Assembly: GCA_963696535.1 (NCBI GenBank)
Contig: CAVOKP010000013.1
Span: forward strand, 241,790-305,789
Length of the DNA stretch: 64,000 nucleotides
Reading direction: 5' to 3'
DNA from: an uncultured Bacteroidales bacterium
GTDB lineage: Bacteria > Bacteroidota > Bacteroidia > Bacteroidales > VadinHA17
This document shows positions 17,922 through 26,490 of the stretch, piece after piece. Within the stretch, counting starts at the first letter, position 1. Every line of letters begins with the position of its first letter. Under the pieces are notes generated by a model, which had not been told where the DNA came from, did not search any database, and saw nothing but the letters and a program-made list of their open reading frames with translations. A program made the position numbers and the translations under genes.

Positions 17922-18272
17922 TCAGCCCCCGTCCTCCCTTCCTGATAAAACATGGTGCAGGATAAACAATGCACCTGTGATCAATATCGGAACCAGGATT
18001 ATCAATGATCCTGAATTGCCTGAGAAAGTCTTGAAAAATATTGCAAGCGCCAGGCTCAGAAGGATAAAAATCATGCCTCCGATAATTTCATTTTTCCATG
18101 CGATGACCAAAGCAACGATCAGAACAAAGGCTGGAATGTTGTGGATCAGAAATCCAAGAAGCTGTTTGCCCATCGATTCTTCTCCTCCAAAGGAATCGAG
18201 GGAAAACATCATCATGAAGAGTATCGCAAGGATAGCCAGTATCCTTGGAAACCATAACAGGATTTTAAGCAT
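17922..18272 (-). CDS. small integral membrane protein (hypothetical)
   Basis: Has four predicted hydrophobic helices. The start MLKILLWFPRIL is preferred. The antisense ORF 17899..18297 has non-protein-like composition. Confidence 0.5.
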   Translation of the reverse strand: MLKILLWFPRILAILAILFMMMFSLDSFGGEESMGKQLLGFLIHNIPAFVLIVALVIAWKNEIIGGMIFILLSLALAIFFKTFSGNSGSLIILVPILITGALFILHHVLSGREDGG

Positions 18273-18506
18273 TGTTTCTGATTTCGTTAATGAATAACAG
18301 GGAAATTTTGAATCAAATACCTGTTGAAAGGTATGATTAATATGAAAGCAAGGCAAATATATTTAATGCAATGACTGTCTTTATCCGCCTCCCGATGGAT
18401 ATTTGGTCATTATTATATTGATATACAATAATTTATATACCTGAAACAACAATTATTTTATCTGAAACAATATCTTTTTATTTCATCAAAAAGATGTCCT
18501 GAATAA

Positions 18507-18541
18507 TTTGGAGAATTGCAATTTATAAACTACATTTGTAG
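18507..18541 (+). promoter_or_regulatory. Bacteroidetes-type promoter with an overlapping BlaI-type operator palindrome
   Basis: TTTG (18507-18510), a 20-nt spacer, then TACATTTG (18531-18538), which matches TAnnTTTG. The perfect dyad CTACA-TT-TGTAG (18530-18541) contains the TACA/TGTA half-sites typical of BlaI/MecI operators. Confidence 0.6.
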
Positions 18542-18566
18542 ATAGTTGTCACTAAAAGTAGACAGA

Positions 18567-18944
18567 ATGTACCTGACAAACGCCGAGGAGCAAGTAATGA
18601 AGGTGCTGTGGGAACTTGAAAAAGCCTTCATTCGGGATTTAATGAATGAATTTCCTGATCCGAAACCTGCCCAGACCACTGTTTTTACATTACTGAAAAG
18701 AATGATCGACAAGGGCTTTGTGGGTTTCAGGCAGTACGGGAATTCGCGGGAGTATTATCCTCTTGTAACAAAGAGTGAATATTTTTCGCGTCAGATCGGC
18801 AGCATGATCAAGGATTTCTTCAACGACTCCACTGCGCAGTTTGCATCATTTTTTGCCGGCGCGACTGATATGACCAGGGAGGAACTTGAGGAACTGAGGG
18901 AAATAGTGGATAAAAAAATTGCTAATAAAAAGGCAAAGAAATGA
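18567..18944 (+). CDS. BlaI/MecI/CopY family transcriptional repressor
   Basis: Winged-helix N-terminus LTNAEEQVMKVLWE. It is about 125 aa and overlaps the downstream M56 gene by 4 nt. Confidence 0.85.
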   Translation: MYLTNAEEQVMKVLWELEKAFIRDLMNEFPDPKPAQTTVFTLLKRMIDKGFVGFRQYGNSREYYPLVTKSEYFSRQIGSMIKDFFNDSTAQFASFFAGATDMTREELEELREIVDKKIANKKAKK

Positions 18945-21043
18945 CTGCTTTCATCATCAAGTCAGGTATCAGCATGGTTTTGCTGTTCGGTCTCTATTAT
19001 ATGAATCTCAGGAAAGAAAAGCTTTTCATCTTCAACAGGTATTACCTGATATTCTCGGTTCTGTTTTCCCTGACTGTACCCTTCATTTCGATCCCGGTGA
19101 ATATCGGCTCTCAAAATGCAGTCAGCGAATTAATGACAGTTCTGAACTATAAGCCTGAGTTAAATCCAATTGAGCCAGGAGCTGGAGCAGTCATTCCGGA
19201 AGAACCATTTCCAGGTATGGCAGATTTTTATTATTTGGATCAACCTGAATTAACAGGATTTCCCCCGTTTGACCTCAAAAAAATCCTGTTAATACTATAC
19301 CTGTCGGGACTTATGCTGATGCTGGTCCGGTTCTGCAGGAATATTTTACTCGTTCGCCGGATGTACAGGCGTTCTGAAAGAAATGAACATGAAGGATACA
19401 AGATTGCCTTGCTTGATTATCCCGTTAATCCATTCAGCTTCCTTAGTACGGTTTTTCTTAACAGGCAGGACTACCTTGAAAAGCGGATTGCCGGGAATGT
19501 CCTCAGGCATGAGATTGAACATGTCAGACAATCCCATTCATACGATATCATTTTCTTTGAGATGCTGCAGATAGTTTACTGGTTCAATCCGGTGGTTTTT
19601 CTTTATGAATGGGCAGCGAGGATCAACCACGAATATCTTGCTGATGAAGCAGTAGTCAGAAACACATCAGACAAAGAGACTTATGCATCTGACCTGATTA
19701 ATTTCATAACGGGCAGAGCCGGTGTGCCGTTTGCAAGCGGATTCGGTCAGTCCATGATAAAGAAGCGCCTGTTTATGCTGAACACGAAGAGCAGCAGGCG
19801 GACCAGTAATATCAGGTTGGGAATCACCATGATTATATCGGTTCTGCTGCTGATTGTCTCGGGAATCAGGCCAGCTTACTCTGACAATCAGGATCGCAAA
19901 AGCAAAAAGCAGATTGCTGTAAATGATGATATTGTGATTGAAGAAGTAAATTTCAGAAATCCAGATTTCAAGATTACGAAAGCCCTGGTTGTAATCGATG
20001 GCAGGGAACTTGGTCCAGATGACACTTTAAAAGTTGACCCGAAAAAGATTAAAGCCATTGGTATTCTCAAGGATCGCAGGGCAATCCGTAAATATGGCAG
20101 AATCGCCAGGAATGGGGCTGTTGAGATAACAACTTATGAAAATAACAAGGGATATGAACCTGATTCACTGTATTTCAAGCCAATTTATACAGTAAACAAT
20201 AAGATACCTGAAGGTCCGGTAACAATCCCGTTTTTGAATCTGTATTCATTAAGTATCTGGACTTATCCGATATTCCCCCAGCAGGATCTCATAAAGCGGT
20301 GGAGGACGATAGATATAATGACAAGGGACTATTACAGGATAAGAGGAAAGGTTATTCAGAAGAATGGTGAACCTTTGCCCGGAGTGGTGGTAACCGTCTC
20401 TGACAATCCTTCGAGGGTGACTTCAGACAGAGACGGGCGTTTTCTCGTGGAGGATGTAGGATCAAAGGCCGTTGCTGAATTATCGGCTGAGGGATATGAA
20501 CCTCTCTATTTTAAAGCAGGCGGAATGGTCTTCAAGTCTGACCTGACGATAACACTCGACAAAAAGGATGAACCTGATCAAACCGTGATATGGCTTAATG
20601 ACAAAATCAGGGATTTTTCAGGCAGATGGAAATACAACAAGGAATTGTCCGGGCTGCCCGTCAATTTAAATAATTATGTTTATGATATCAGTCAGTATGG
20701 TTCTGATTCAATGATGATAAGCACTTCGGCGACTCTTAAAAATGACAGGGAGCTTAATCACAGCGGGGTGTTTGTCTTCAATTCAGTAAAGACCGAAGAA
20801 TCAGATATATATGAAACCACAAAATCCACAATCACATGTTCGATCGATGCTGGCGGACAATCCTTCTCAATAACCCGTCAGATGAAGAGCAAGATTGGAT
20901 TGTACAGTGAGAACAGAATGACTGATACTTATTCGCTCAGTGATGATGGAAAACAGCTGATAATCCGCACATTAATCTATATACCCGGCGATCCTTCCGG
21001 ACTACCCAGAGAAATTCCAAAAATGGTTTTTGACAGGATGTGA
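18941..21043 (+). CDS. M56 (BlaR1-like) membrane metalloprotease / signal transducer with a long extracytoplasmic C-terminus
   Basis: N-terminal TM helices, the HExxH site RHEIEHVRQSH, and a CarboxypepD_reg-like segment (RGKVIQKNGEPLPGVVVTVSD) in the C-terminal half. Confidence 0.8.
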   Translation: MTAFIIKSGISMVLLFGLYYMNLRKEKLFIFNRYYLIFSVLFSLTVPFISIPVNIGSQNAVSELMTVLNYKPELNPIEPGAGAVIPEEPFPGMADFYYLDQPELTGFPPFDLKKILLILYLSGLMLMLVRFCRNILLVRRMYRRSERNEHEGYKIALLDYPVNPFSFLSTVFLNRQDYLEKRIAGNVLRHEIEHVRQSHSYDIIFFEMLQIVYWFNPVVFLYEWAARINHEYLADEAVVRNTSDKETYASDLINFITGRAGVPFASGFGQSMIKKRLFMLNTKSSRRTSNIRLGITMIISVLLLIVSGIRPAYSDNQDRKSKKQIAVNDDIVIEEVNFRNPDFKITKALVVIDGRELGPDDTLKVDPKKIKAIGILKDRRAIRKYGRIARNGAVEITTYENNKGYEPDSLYFKPIYTVNNKIPEGPVTIPFLNLYSLSIWTYPIFPQQDLIKRWRTIDIMTRDYYRIRGKVIQKNGEPLPGVVVTVSDNPSRVTSDRDGRFLVEDVGSKAVAELSAEGYEPLYFKAGGMVFKSDLTITLDKKDEPDQTVIWLNDKIRDFSGRWKYNKELSGLPVNLNNYVYDISQYGSDSMMISTSATLKNDRELNHSGVFVFNSVKTEESDIYETTKSTITCSIDAGGQSFSITRQMKSKIGLYSENRMTDTYSLSDDGKQLIIRTLIYIPGDPSGLPREIPKMVFDRM

Positions 21044-21166
21044 GCTGGCATTCCAGATCCACAATCACCACGGATAACACGGAAATACACGGATTTAAAA
21101 TTACCGGTTATAATAAAATTGACTTTGGCATTTTGCTGGTGTAACTTTGATATTTAATCTTTTATT

Positions 21167-21412
21167 ATGGGAGAAATTGATGGAGAATGGTTATTCGCTG
21201 TCTGGATGTGGATAGTGGTTGTGATGCTTATTGTGATGGGAATAAGGGATTATCGGGCAAGAAGGCATTTGCCCAAGAATCCCGGGGACAAACGAGCAAA
21301 TCGAAGAATTGCTTTGGATAATCTTAAATTTTTCCTTGGAATAAAGGATAAGGATGATGGTGATAATCCAATGAAACATTTGGCAGGAGATAATGATACA
21401 CTTTTCAGATAA
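21167..21412 (+). CDS. small membrane-anchored hypothetical protein
   Basis: Has one hydrophobic helix (WLFAVWMWIVVVMLIVMGI) and a charged tail. No family was recognised. Confidence 0.3.
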   Translation: MGEIDGEWLFAVWMWIVVVMLIVMGIRDYRARRHLPKNPGDKRANRRIALDNLKFFLGIKDKDDGDNPMKHLAGDNDTLFR

Positions 21413-21430
21413 AGTATCCCCCCAACTTTA

Positions 21431-21575
21431 GAGCAGCACAGCCAATTTGATCCTTAGCCCTGAAAGGGCATGAAAAAGGCACCACCAATGTGGTGCGATG
21501 TGAATTACCACCGGTAAAACCGGTGGCTTATGGTGCCCCCTTGATGTCAAGCCCTGAAAGGGCGGGATGCTGCTT
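21431..21575. repeat. four-hairpin structured element, copy A (candidate ncRNA or structured repeat)
   Basis: Hairpins are GCCC-TGAAA-GGGC (21457-21469), GCACCAC-CAAT-GTGGTGC (21479-21496), CCACCGG-TAAAA-CCGGTGG (21508-21526) and GCCC-TGAAA-GGGC (21551-21563). A possible closing stem is GAGCAGCA / TGCTGCTT. Its homolog is at 26331-26462. Confidence 0.6.
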
Positions 21576-21585
21576 TAGAAAAGGA

Positions 21586-22596
21586 TTAATCATTGATGAA
21601 TATTCCATCTCCTGTGCCAAGCCAGATCCTCTTGTCGGTTGCCTGTTTGATTGTAAATACACTTGACTCTCTGAAGGTTGAATCATCGACAATCCATCGT
21701 TCTCCGTTAAACACTGCATATCCTCCTGACATAGAGCACCATATGTTATCCTCATCATCGACTGTCAGTGATTTTATTCTGGCCATGTCATTGATTCTTA
21801 ATTGTTCCGTATTATGTTCATCAAATATGAACACCTGAGGTCCGGGATTTATCCCAAGGCTTGATAATGAATAATCAATGGCTCCGCATATTTTATTTTG
21901 AGAATTGATATCAATGTTGGTAAAATAATAAGGGACAAATCCCAGGTCTTCACTTGTATATGTCTTCCAGTTTGTTCCTGAGATCTTTATCAGATATGTA
22001 TTATTTACAACTTCTGATAAGGCGAGCCAGACGTTATCATCACTATCGATAGCAATGCCCTTTACGGAATTGACCGGCAACTTTGAATTCTCCGGTGTAA
22101 AGACTTTCCAGTCAGTTCCATCAAATCTGACAAAACCTCCTTCCCTGAATCTGCAGGAAGTAAACCATACATTATCTTTTGAATCAATAGCTATCGAGTA
22201 AACAAAATCCTCGGGAATGGGGCTGTTGGATGTATTGTAATGTGTAAACTTACTGCCATCATATTTAATGATTCCGTCACAGCCGATCCATACATTATCC
22301 TTGCTGTCAACAGCAATATCCCAAATGACTGAGCCGGCAGGCAGAATTGAATTAGAAGAATTGTAAATTATAGTTTCCTGCGGATTATATTTTATTAATC
22401 CCTGTTTAAAGGTCCCGACCCAGGCATTTCCTTTGCTGTCAAATGCAATGGATTTAACGAAATAGCCTTCCAGTATTTTTAAGTCAAAGCTGGTGTTTGG
22501 ATTACCTGGCGATTTATCAGGGAAACTTGTTTTCTCACAGGAAGCGAGAGAAATCAATAAAGCTAATATGGTAGCTATATTTTTCATTATCAGCAT
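21586..22596 (-). CDS. lipoprotein with two-component-regulator-propeller (Reg_prop) beta-propeller repeats
   Basis: Lipobox LISLASC and repeated DSKGNAWVGT / DSKDNVWIG / DSDDNVWLA motifs, about seven blades. Confidence 0.75.
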   Translation of the reverse strand: MLIMKNIATILALLISLASCEKTSFPDKSPGNPNTSFDLKILEGYFVKSIAFDSKGNAWVGTFKQGLIKYNPQETIIYNSSNSILPAGSVIWDIAVDSKDNVWIGCDGIIKYDGSKFTHYNTSNSPIPEDFVYSIAIDSKDNVWFTSCRFREGGFVRFDGTDWKVFTPENSKLPVNSVKGIAIDSDDNVWLALSEVVNNTYLIKISGTNWKTYTSEDLGFVPYYFTNIDINSQNKICGAIDYSLSSLGINPGPQVFIFDEHNTEQLRINDMARIKSLTVDDEDNIWCSMSGGYAVFNGERWIVDDSTFRESSVFTIKQATDKRIWLGTGDGIFIND

Positions 22597-22682
22597 TTAT
22601 ATGATGAGTTTCATTACTGTTTCGTTGCGTTACCTGGTGATTTATTTTAATTGTTCAATTACTTACAAATGATCATTGTGTG

Positions 22683-22922
22683 TCATTTCCTGCCTGAAAT
22701 AACAGCTCTGCCCGCGTAGCCAAAAGCATTTAGAGTGCGTTTGTTTTCTGCCTATTCCATGATTGCTTCAATAGCCTCGCGCGGCCGCATGTCATCCGGT
22801 CGTTCTTTTTCAAAGAATTTAAGAAGTCTCCCGGCTTCTTTAGCTGGTTTAAAACCAAAAAGTTTATGGTAGTAAGAATCACGCCATAATTTACTGTCTT
22901 TGGATTTTGGTGCTTTTATCAT
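22683..22922 (-). pseudogene. decayed paralog of the Imm5-like gene at 25422-25802
   Basis: Aligns with 25422-25802 but carries TGG->TAG (open only for 56 aa, MIKAPKSKDSKLWRDSYYHKLFG...EAIME*) and an internal deletion of roughly 125-130 nt. The 3' end ...NAFGYAGRAVISGRK is still recognisable. Confidence 0.7.
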
Positions 22923-23117
22923 TTAAAGTCATTAATTCCCGTTTAAGGGCTAAAATTCCCACAAATTGTTACAAAAGTATCAGAAAATGATACAAAAGTG
23001 GTAGACTTTGATATTTGATTAGCCGAAATTTGATTTAGAATTTATGATAAGGATCCTGGAAACTGATAATGCAAACTCTGATATCAAATTCTTTATATTA
23101 ACTAAATCCATTCAACT

Positions 23118-23552
23118 ATGAAAACAAAAGCCTTCTTTTTGCTATGTCTGTTTCTTGCCTTTTCTGTTTCTCAGCTTTCTGCTCAAACCTTAAAGAAAGG
23201 TGCTGTAGTTGCAGTTGGCGTTTATGAAATGACACTTAATCCTGACGTATCAATGAATCAATTTATTGATTTTTACAACAATAAATATGTTCCGGAACTT
23301 GATAAGAACTGGCCGGGTATAAAGACATATTTAATGATTGGTGATAGAGGAGAGAACAAGAACAAATTAGGTATGATTCTGATTTTTGAATCTGTTGCTG
23401 TAAGAGATAAATACTATCCGGTTGAGGATGAGGAAACCCTCTCTGATGCAGTTAAAGCGGCAAACGAAAAGATGAAAGTAATTGATGCTGAAATGAGCAA
23501 ATATGTAGTTTCTGGAACTAGGACAACCTATACTGACTGGATTATTAAGTAG
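23118..23552 (+). CDS. secreted hypothetical protein (144 aa)
   Basis: Clear signal peptide MKTKAFFLLCLFLAFSVSQLSAQ. No family was recognised. Confidence 0.5.
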   Translation: MKTKAFFLLCLFLAFSVSQLSAQTLKKGAVVAVGVYEMTLNPDVSMNQFIDFYNNKYVPELDKNWPGIKTYLMIGDRGENKNKLGMILIFESVAVRDKYYPVEDEETLSDAVKAANEKMKVIDAEMSKYVVSGTRTTYTDWIIK

Positions 23553-23851
23553 TAATCTTTTAACAATCTGTTTCTTTTAAAGCCCTGGAAAATCAGGTAC
23601 GAAGGGAAGGTGGTTTTTATTTTACACCAGTCATTTAAGATTGTGTTTAATGCAAACGTAGAGGTAACAGTTGATCACCATGTTGAGAAAATTCAATTCC
23701 CGGGGAATGTATCATTATTAAAGATGTTACAGAAGAATCAAATCCGGGGATTGCATTCTGACTTCGGATGGCATAGCAGGCTACATCCGATTAATCCGGC
23801 GATCCGTTGGCTCTATCCTAAAATGAAACCTCATGAAGAATTGTTATAGGT

Positions 23852-25126
23852 TTACTCAACTGAAGGGTCACTGACCTTTCCCATAAATAATATAGTGCCT
23901 GTTGAGGTTTCGTGGATGAAATACAGGAAGGGGCGATCAAGATCAATTTTCCAGATGGTCGGTTCCGGATCCGGTCCTGCCGAAGTAAACCTGATCTCCA
24001 CGATTGTAGCTGCTGCCGCTTCCGTGCCCTCCTCATTTGTTTCGATGAATGACTGATGGATTACTCTGCTTATCTGAAGCCGTTGATCACTTATATTTCT
24101 GAAATCAGCCCCGTCGGAGAAGGCAATACCCATTCCCAGGCCTATCAGATCTTCATTTAATAATCTTTTGTAGTCATATTTGAACCTCGGCATGCTGAGT
24201 TCAACAATATGAGTGTTATTTTCCAGCAGCGACATCCATTTATTCCACTTTGATGATGTGAGAGACTCCGCTGCATCAGAAACGGAAACACCGGCATCGG
24301 GTAATACGATTAACATTGAATAATTGCCCTGCCCATATGGAATATCGACAATCATAAGTTCATTGTCTTTTGCAGCTTTCAGGTTTTCCTCCTGGTGCAT
24401 CATCGGAACATTTTTGGGTTCTGCTGGTGTAACATAGAACGGTTCTTCCTTTGTGTCAGTCTTGTCAAACTGATACCTCCACTTCCCGTTGAAATAGACA
24501 GCATTTATCAGAAGCATTGCAAGATCAGGATCAAGGTTATCGAGCATATCGATAATCTTATCGTGGGTTTTTTCCTCAATCCACCCGTTTACAATATCAA
24601 CTGCATCAGGATCTGTGACATCAATGCCTCTTGCTTCAGCTTTGTACCAGTTTTGTACGTCGTTCATAAACTTCTGTTTAACCAAAAGCCGTTTTTCAAC
24701 CCAGACTGAGTTGGCGATTTCGAGTACCACCCGTTCATCAACCGGTACCATCTCAGTCATCAACTTGAGGTAGGTATCATTTATCTGTTCAAGTGTATTA
24801 CCATCGAGTCTTAAAGCCTTTTTCATAGCTTCAAAGGTCTCGCCAGATGCACCATTAAGGGTCATTGAAAGAGCGCTGGTGATGCTGAAGGGAGAGATCA
24901 TTATGTTCTCATTTCCTTTTGCATCAGAAAGGATTGGTTTGAACAGATCAAATGCAAATGTATTTGCAGAGTCTATTACTTCTTTTTGATGAATATCCGT
25001 AACAATGGTTACAGGATCTCCCGGATCGATGGGCTGATCATTTTGACCATTTTTTTTACAGGAAGGAACCAGAACAAGTGAAATGAAAGCTGTTAAAAAC
25101 AATACAACTTTGGATATATTTTTCAT
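23852..25126 (-). CDS. serpin (serine protease inhibitor) lipoprotein
   Basis: Serpin motifs SPFSITSALSMTLNGASGET, the inhibitory-type hinge EEGTEAAAAT and the C-terminal DRPFLYFIHE. The start MKNISKVVLFLTAFISLVLVPSC (lipobox) at 25126 is preferred over 25171. Confidence 0.85.
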   Translation of the reverse strand: MKNISKVVLFLTAFISLVLVPSCKKNGQNDQPIDPGDPVTIVTDIHQKEVIDSANTFAFDLFKPILSDAKGNENIMISPFSITSALSMTLNGASGETFEAMKKALRLDGNTLEQINDTYLKLMTEMVPVDERVVLEIANSVWVEKRLLVKQKFMNDVQNWYKAEARGIDVTDPDAVDIVNGWIEEKTHDKIIDMLDNLDPDLAMLLINAVYFNGKWRYQFDKTDTKEEPFYVTPAEPKNVPMMHQEENLKAAKDNELMIVDIPYGQGNYSMLIVLPDAGVSVSDAAESLTSSKWNKWMSLLENNTHIVELSMPRFKYDYKRLLNEDLIGLGMGIAFSDGADFRNISDQRLQISRVIHQSFIETNEEGTEAAAATIVEIRFTSAGPDPEPTIWKIDLDRPFLYFIHETSTGTILFMGKVSDPSVE

Positions 25127-25170
25127 ATAGAGGGTATTTAGGTTACAATTCCTGAACAAAAATTGTACCA

Positions 25171-25395
25171 TTATAAATCATTGATGAAGATTCCATCTCA
25201 TGGACCAAGGCAGATACGCTTGTCGGTTGCCTGTTTGATTGTAAATACACTTGATTCTCTGAAGGTTGAATCATCGACAATCCATCGTTCTCCGTTAAAT
25301 ACTGCATATCCTCCTGACATTGAGCACCATATGTTATTCTCACTATCGATTGTCAGTTATTTTATTCTAGCCATATCATTGATTCTTAGTTGTTC
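25171..25395 (-). pseudogene. 3' remnant of a propeller gene paralogous to 21586-22596
   Basis: The reverse strand reads NDMARIK*LTIDSENNIWCSMSGGYAVFNGERWIVDDSTFRESSVFTIKQATDKRICLGP*. It is homologous to the last ~70 codons of 21586-22596, contains stop codons, and lacks the upstream ~850 bp. Confidence 0.75.
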
Positions 25396-25421
25396 AATTA
25401 CTGACAAATGATGATTATCTG

Positions 25422-25802
25422 TCATTTCTTCCCTGAAATAACAGCTCTGCCCGCGTAGCCAAAAGCACCCAGGGCATGAGTAGGCACATGCCAGGACCCG
25501 ACAGCTTGTCCGGCAGCATGTGCAGCATATTTTGCAGCATTGGATTTTGCATCCCGGGCAGCGGCATGAGCATTAAGAGATAGTATGCGAACCTCTTTCA
25601 TTCCAAGAGTGCGTTTGTCCTCCGACCATTCCCTGATTGCTTCAATAGCCTCACGTGGTCGCATGTCATCGGGTCGTTCCTCCTCAAAGAATTTAAGAAC
25701 TCTCCCGGCTTCCTTCGCTGCTTTAAGACCAAAAAGTTTATGGTAGTAAGAATCACGCCATAATTTACTGTCTCTGGATTTTAGTGCTTTTATCATTTGC
25801 AA
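25422..25802 (-). CDS. Imm5-like helical protein (family often mis-annotated as SbcC; putative immunity-type protein)
   Basis: The pattern FEEERPDDMRPREAIEAIREW...AHAAARDA...AAHAAGQAV...HVPTHALGA is recalled from the Imm5-like family. No search was run. The true start may be the third codon (25796). Confidence 0.5.
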   Translation of the reverse strand: MQMIKALKSRDSKLWRDSYYHKLFGLKAAKEAGRVLKFFEEERPDDMRPREAIEAIREWSEDKRTLGMKEVRILSLNAHAAARDAKSNAAKYAAHAAGQAVGSWHVPTHALGAFGYAGRAVISGKK

Positions 25803-25885
25803 GATAGAATGTTGTTATATGCTGAGAACCATTTCATTAGGCAGTGATGACTGCTTAATTGTTAATTATATTAGTGTAATAAAAT

Positions 25886-26227
25886 TAACTGCCTATCCCT
25901 TTCAGTCAAGTATAAGATGACTTTCGGGAATGATATATAAAATTATCAATTTTTGTTATTTATACCCCCTTCCCAGCCTTCCCTGCAGACTGGCTCCTTC
26001 GCTAAAATTGCCCACCGGGCAATTTCTTAACGCTCGACCCTCCCACGGGGGAAGGAGCAAGGCCTCCCGCTTTGCGGGACGGGAAAGGGGGTCAATTAGA
26101 ATAATAGAAAATTTACTGATTAATAAAGTTAAGATTCAAAATATTTTAAGACTGACTTCTTATTAGTGATTCCCGACACTCAATTTAATAAAATGTCAAC
26201 TACTTGATTAAAAGGGATAGGCAGTTA
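25886..26227. repeat. 17-bp inverted repeats enclosing a GC-rich palindromic element
   Basis: TAACTGCCTATCCCTTT (25886-25902) is the exact reverse complement of AAAGGGATAGGCAGTTA (26211-26227). The core at 25965-26091 (CCCCCTTCCC...GGGAAAGGGGG) is homologous, in inverse orientation, to 34998-35118. Confidence 0.65.
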
Positions 26228-26330
26228 AAATTAATTATAATACTCCATTATAGACAGATGAAGTCATCTTCGGCAAGTTTTATTTTATCCTGATTCTCCA
26301 TCTTGCGACAATTGAACAGCTATGCAGATT

Positions 26331-26462
26331 ACATTATGCTCTGCCCTGAAAGGGCAAAACAAAGGCACCACTAATGTGGTGCGATGTGAATAACCGCCGG
26401 TGTAACCGGTGGATGGATGCCACCCAATGATGTCAAGCCCTGCAAGGGCGCGATGTTATTCA
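26331..26462. repeat. four-hairpin structured element, copy B
   Basis: Hairpins lie at 26343-26355, 26365-26382, 26394-26412 and 26437-26449. Their spacing is identical to copy A (offsets 0/22/51/94). Differences fall in loops or give a G-U pair (CCGCCGG / CCGGTGG). Confidence 0.6.
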
Positions 26463-26490
26463 AAATCCGCACAAATGAAAGATGACTTAA

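Noticed and set aside
17899-18297. 132-aa + strand ORF overlapping the membrane-protein gene
   Set aside because: The - strand frame encodes regular hydrophobic helices with a sensible start. The + frame lacks any recognisable features.
21431-21575. The four-hairpin element might be a box C/D-like RNA (TGATGT and CTGA words), or a known housekeeping RNA (RNase P, SRP, 6S, tmRNA)
   Set aside because: C/D RNAs are not bacterial and the words lie inside hairpins. None of the conserved cores of the housekeeping RNAs is present (for example GGAAAGUCCGG for RNase P, or the tmRNA tRNA-like end).
23553-23851. 79-aa ORF (23610..23849) in the ~300-bp gap between the convergent 144-aa gene and the serpin gene
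   Set aside because: It has a non-ATG start and no motif, and it overlaps the serpin 3' flank. The gap is treated as non-coding and no convincing RNA structure was seen.
25930-26166. 78-aa ORF (MIYKIINFCYLYPLPSLPCRLAPS...)
   Set aside because: It lies entirely within the GC-rich palindromic repeat, its composition is repeat-derived, and no promoter or family support was found.
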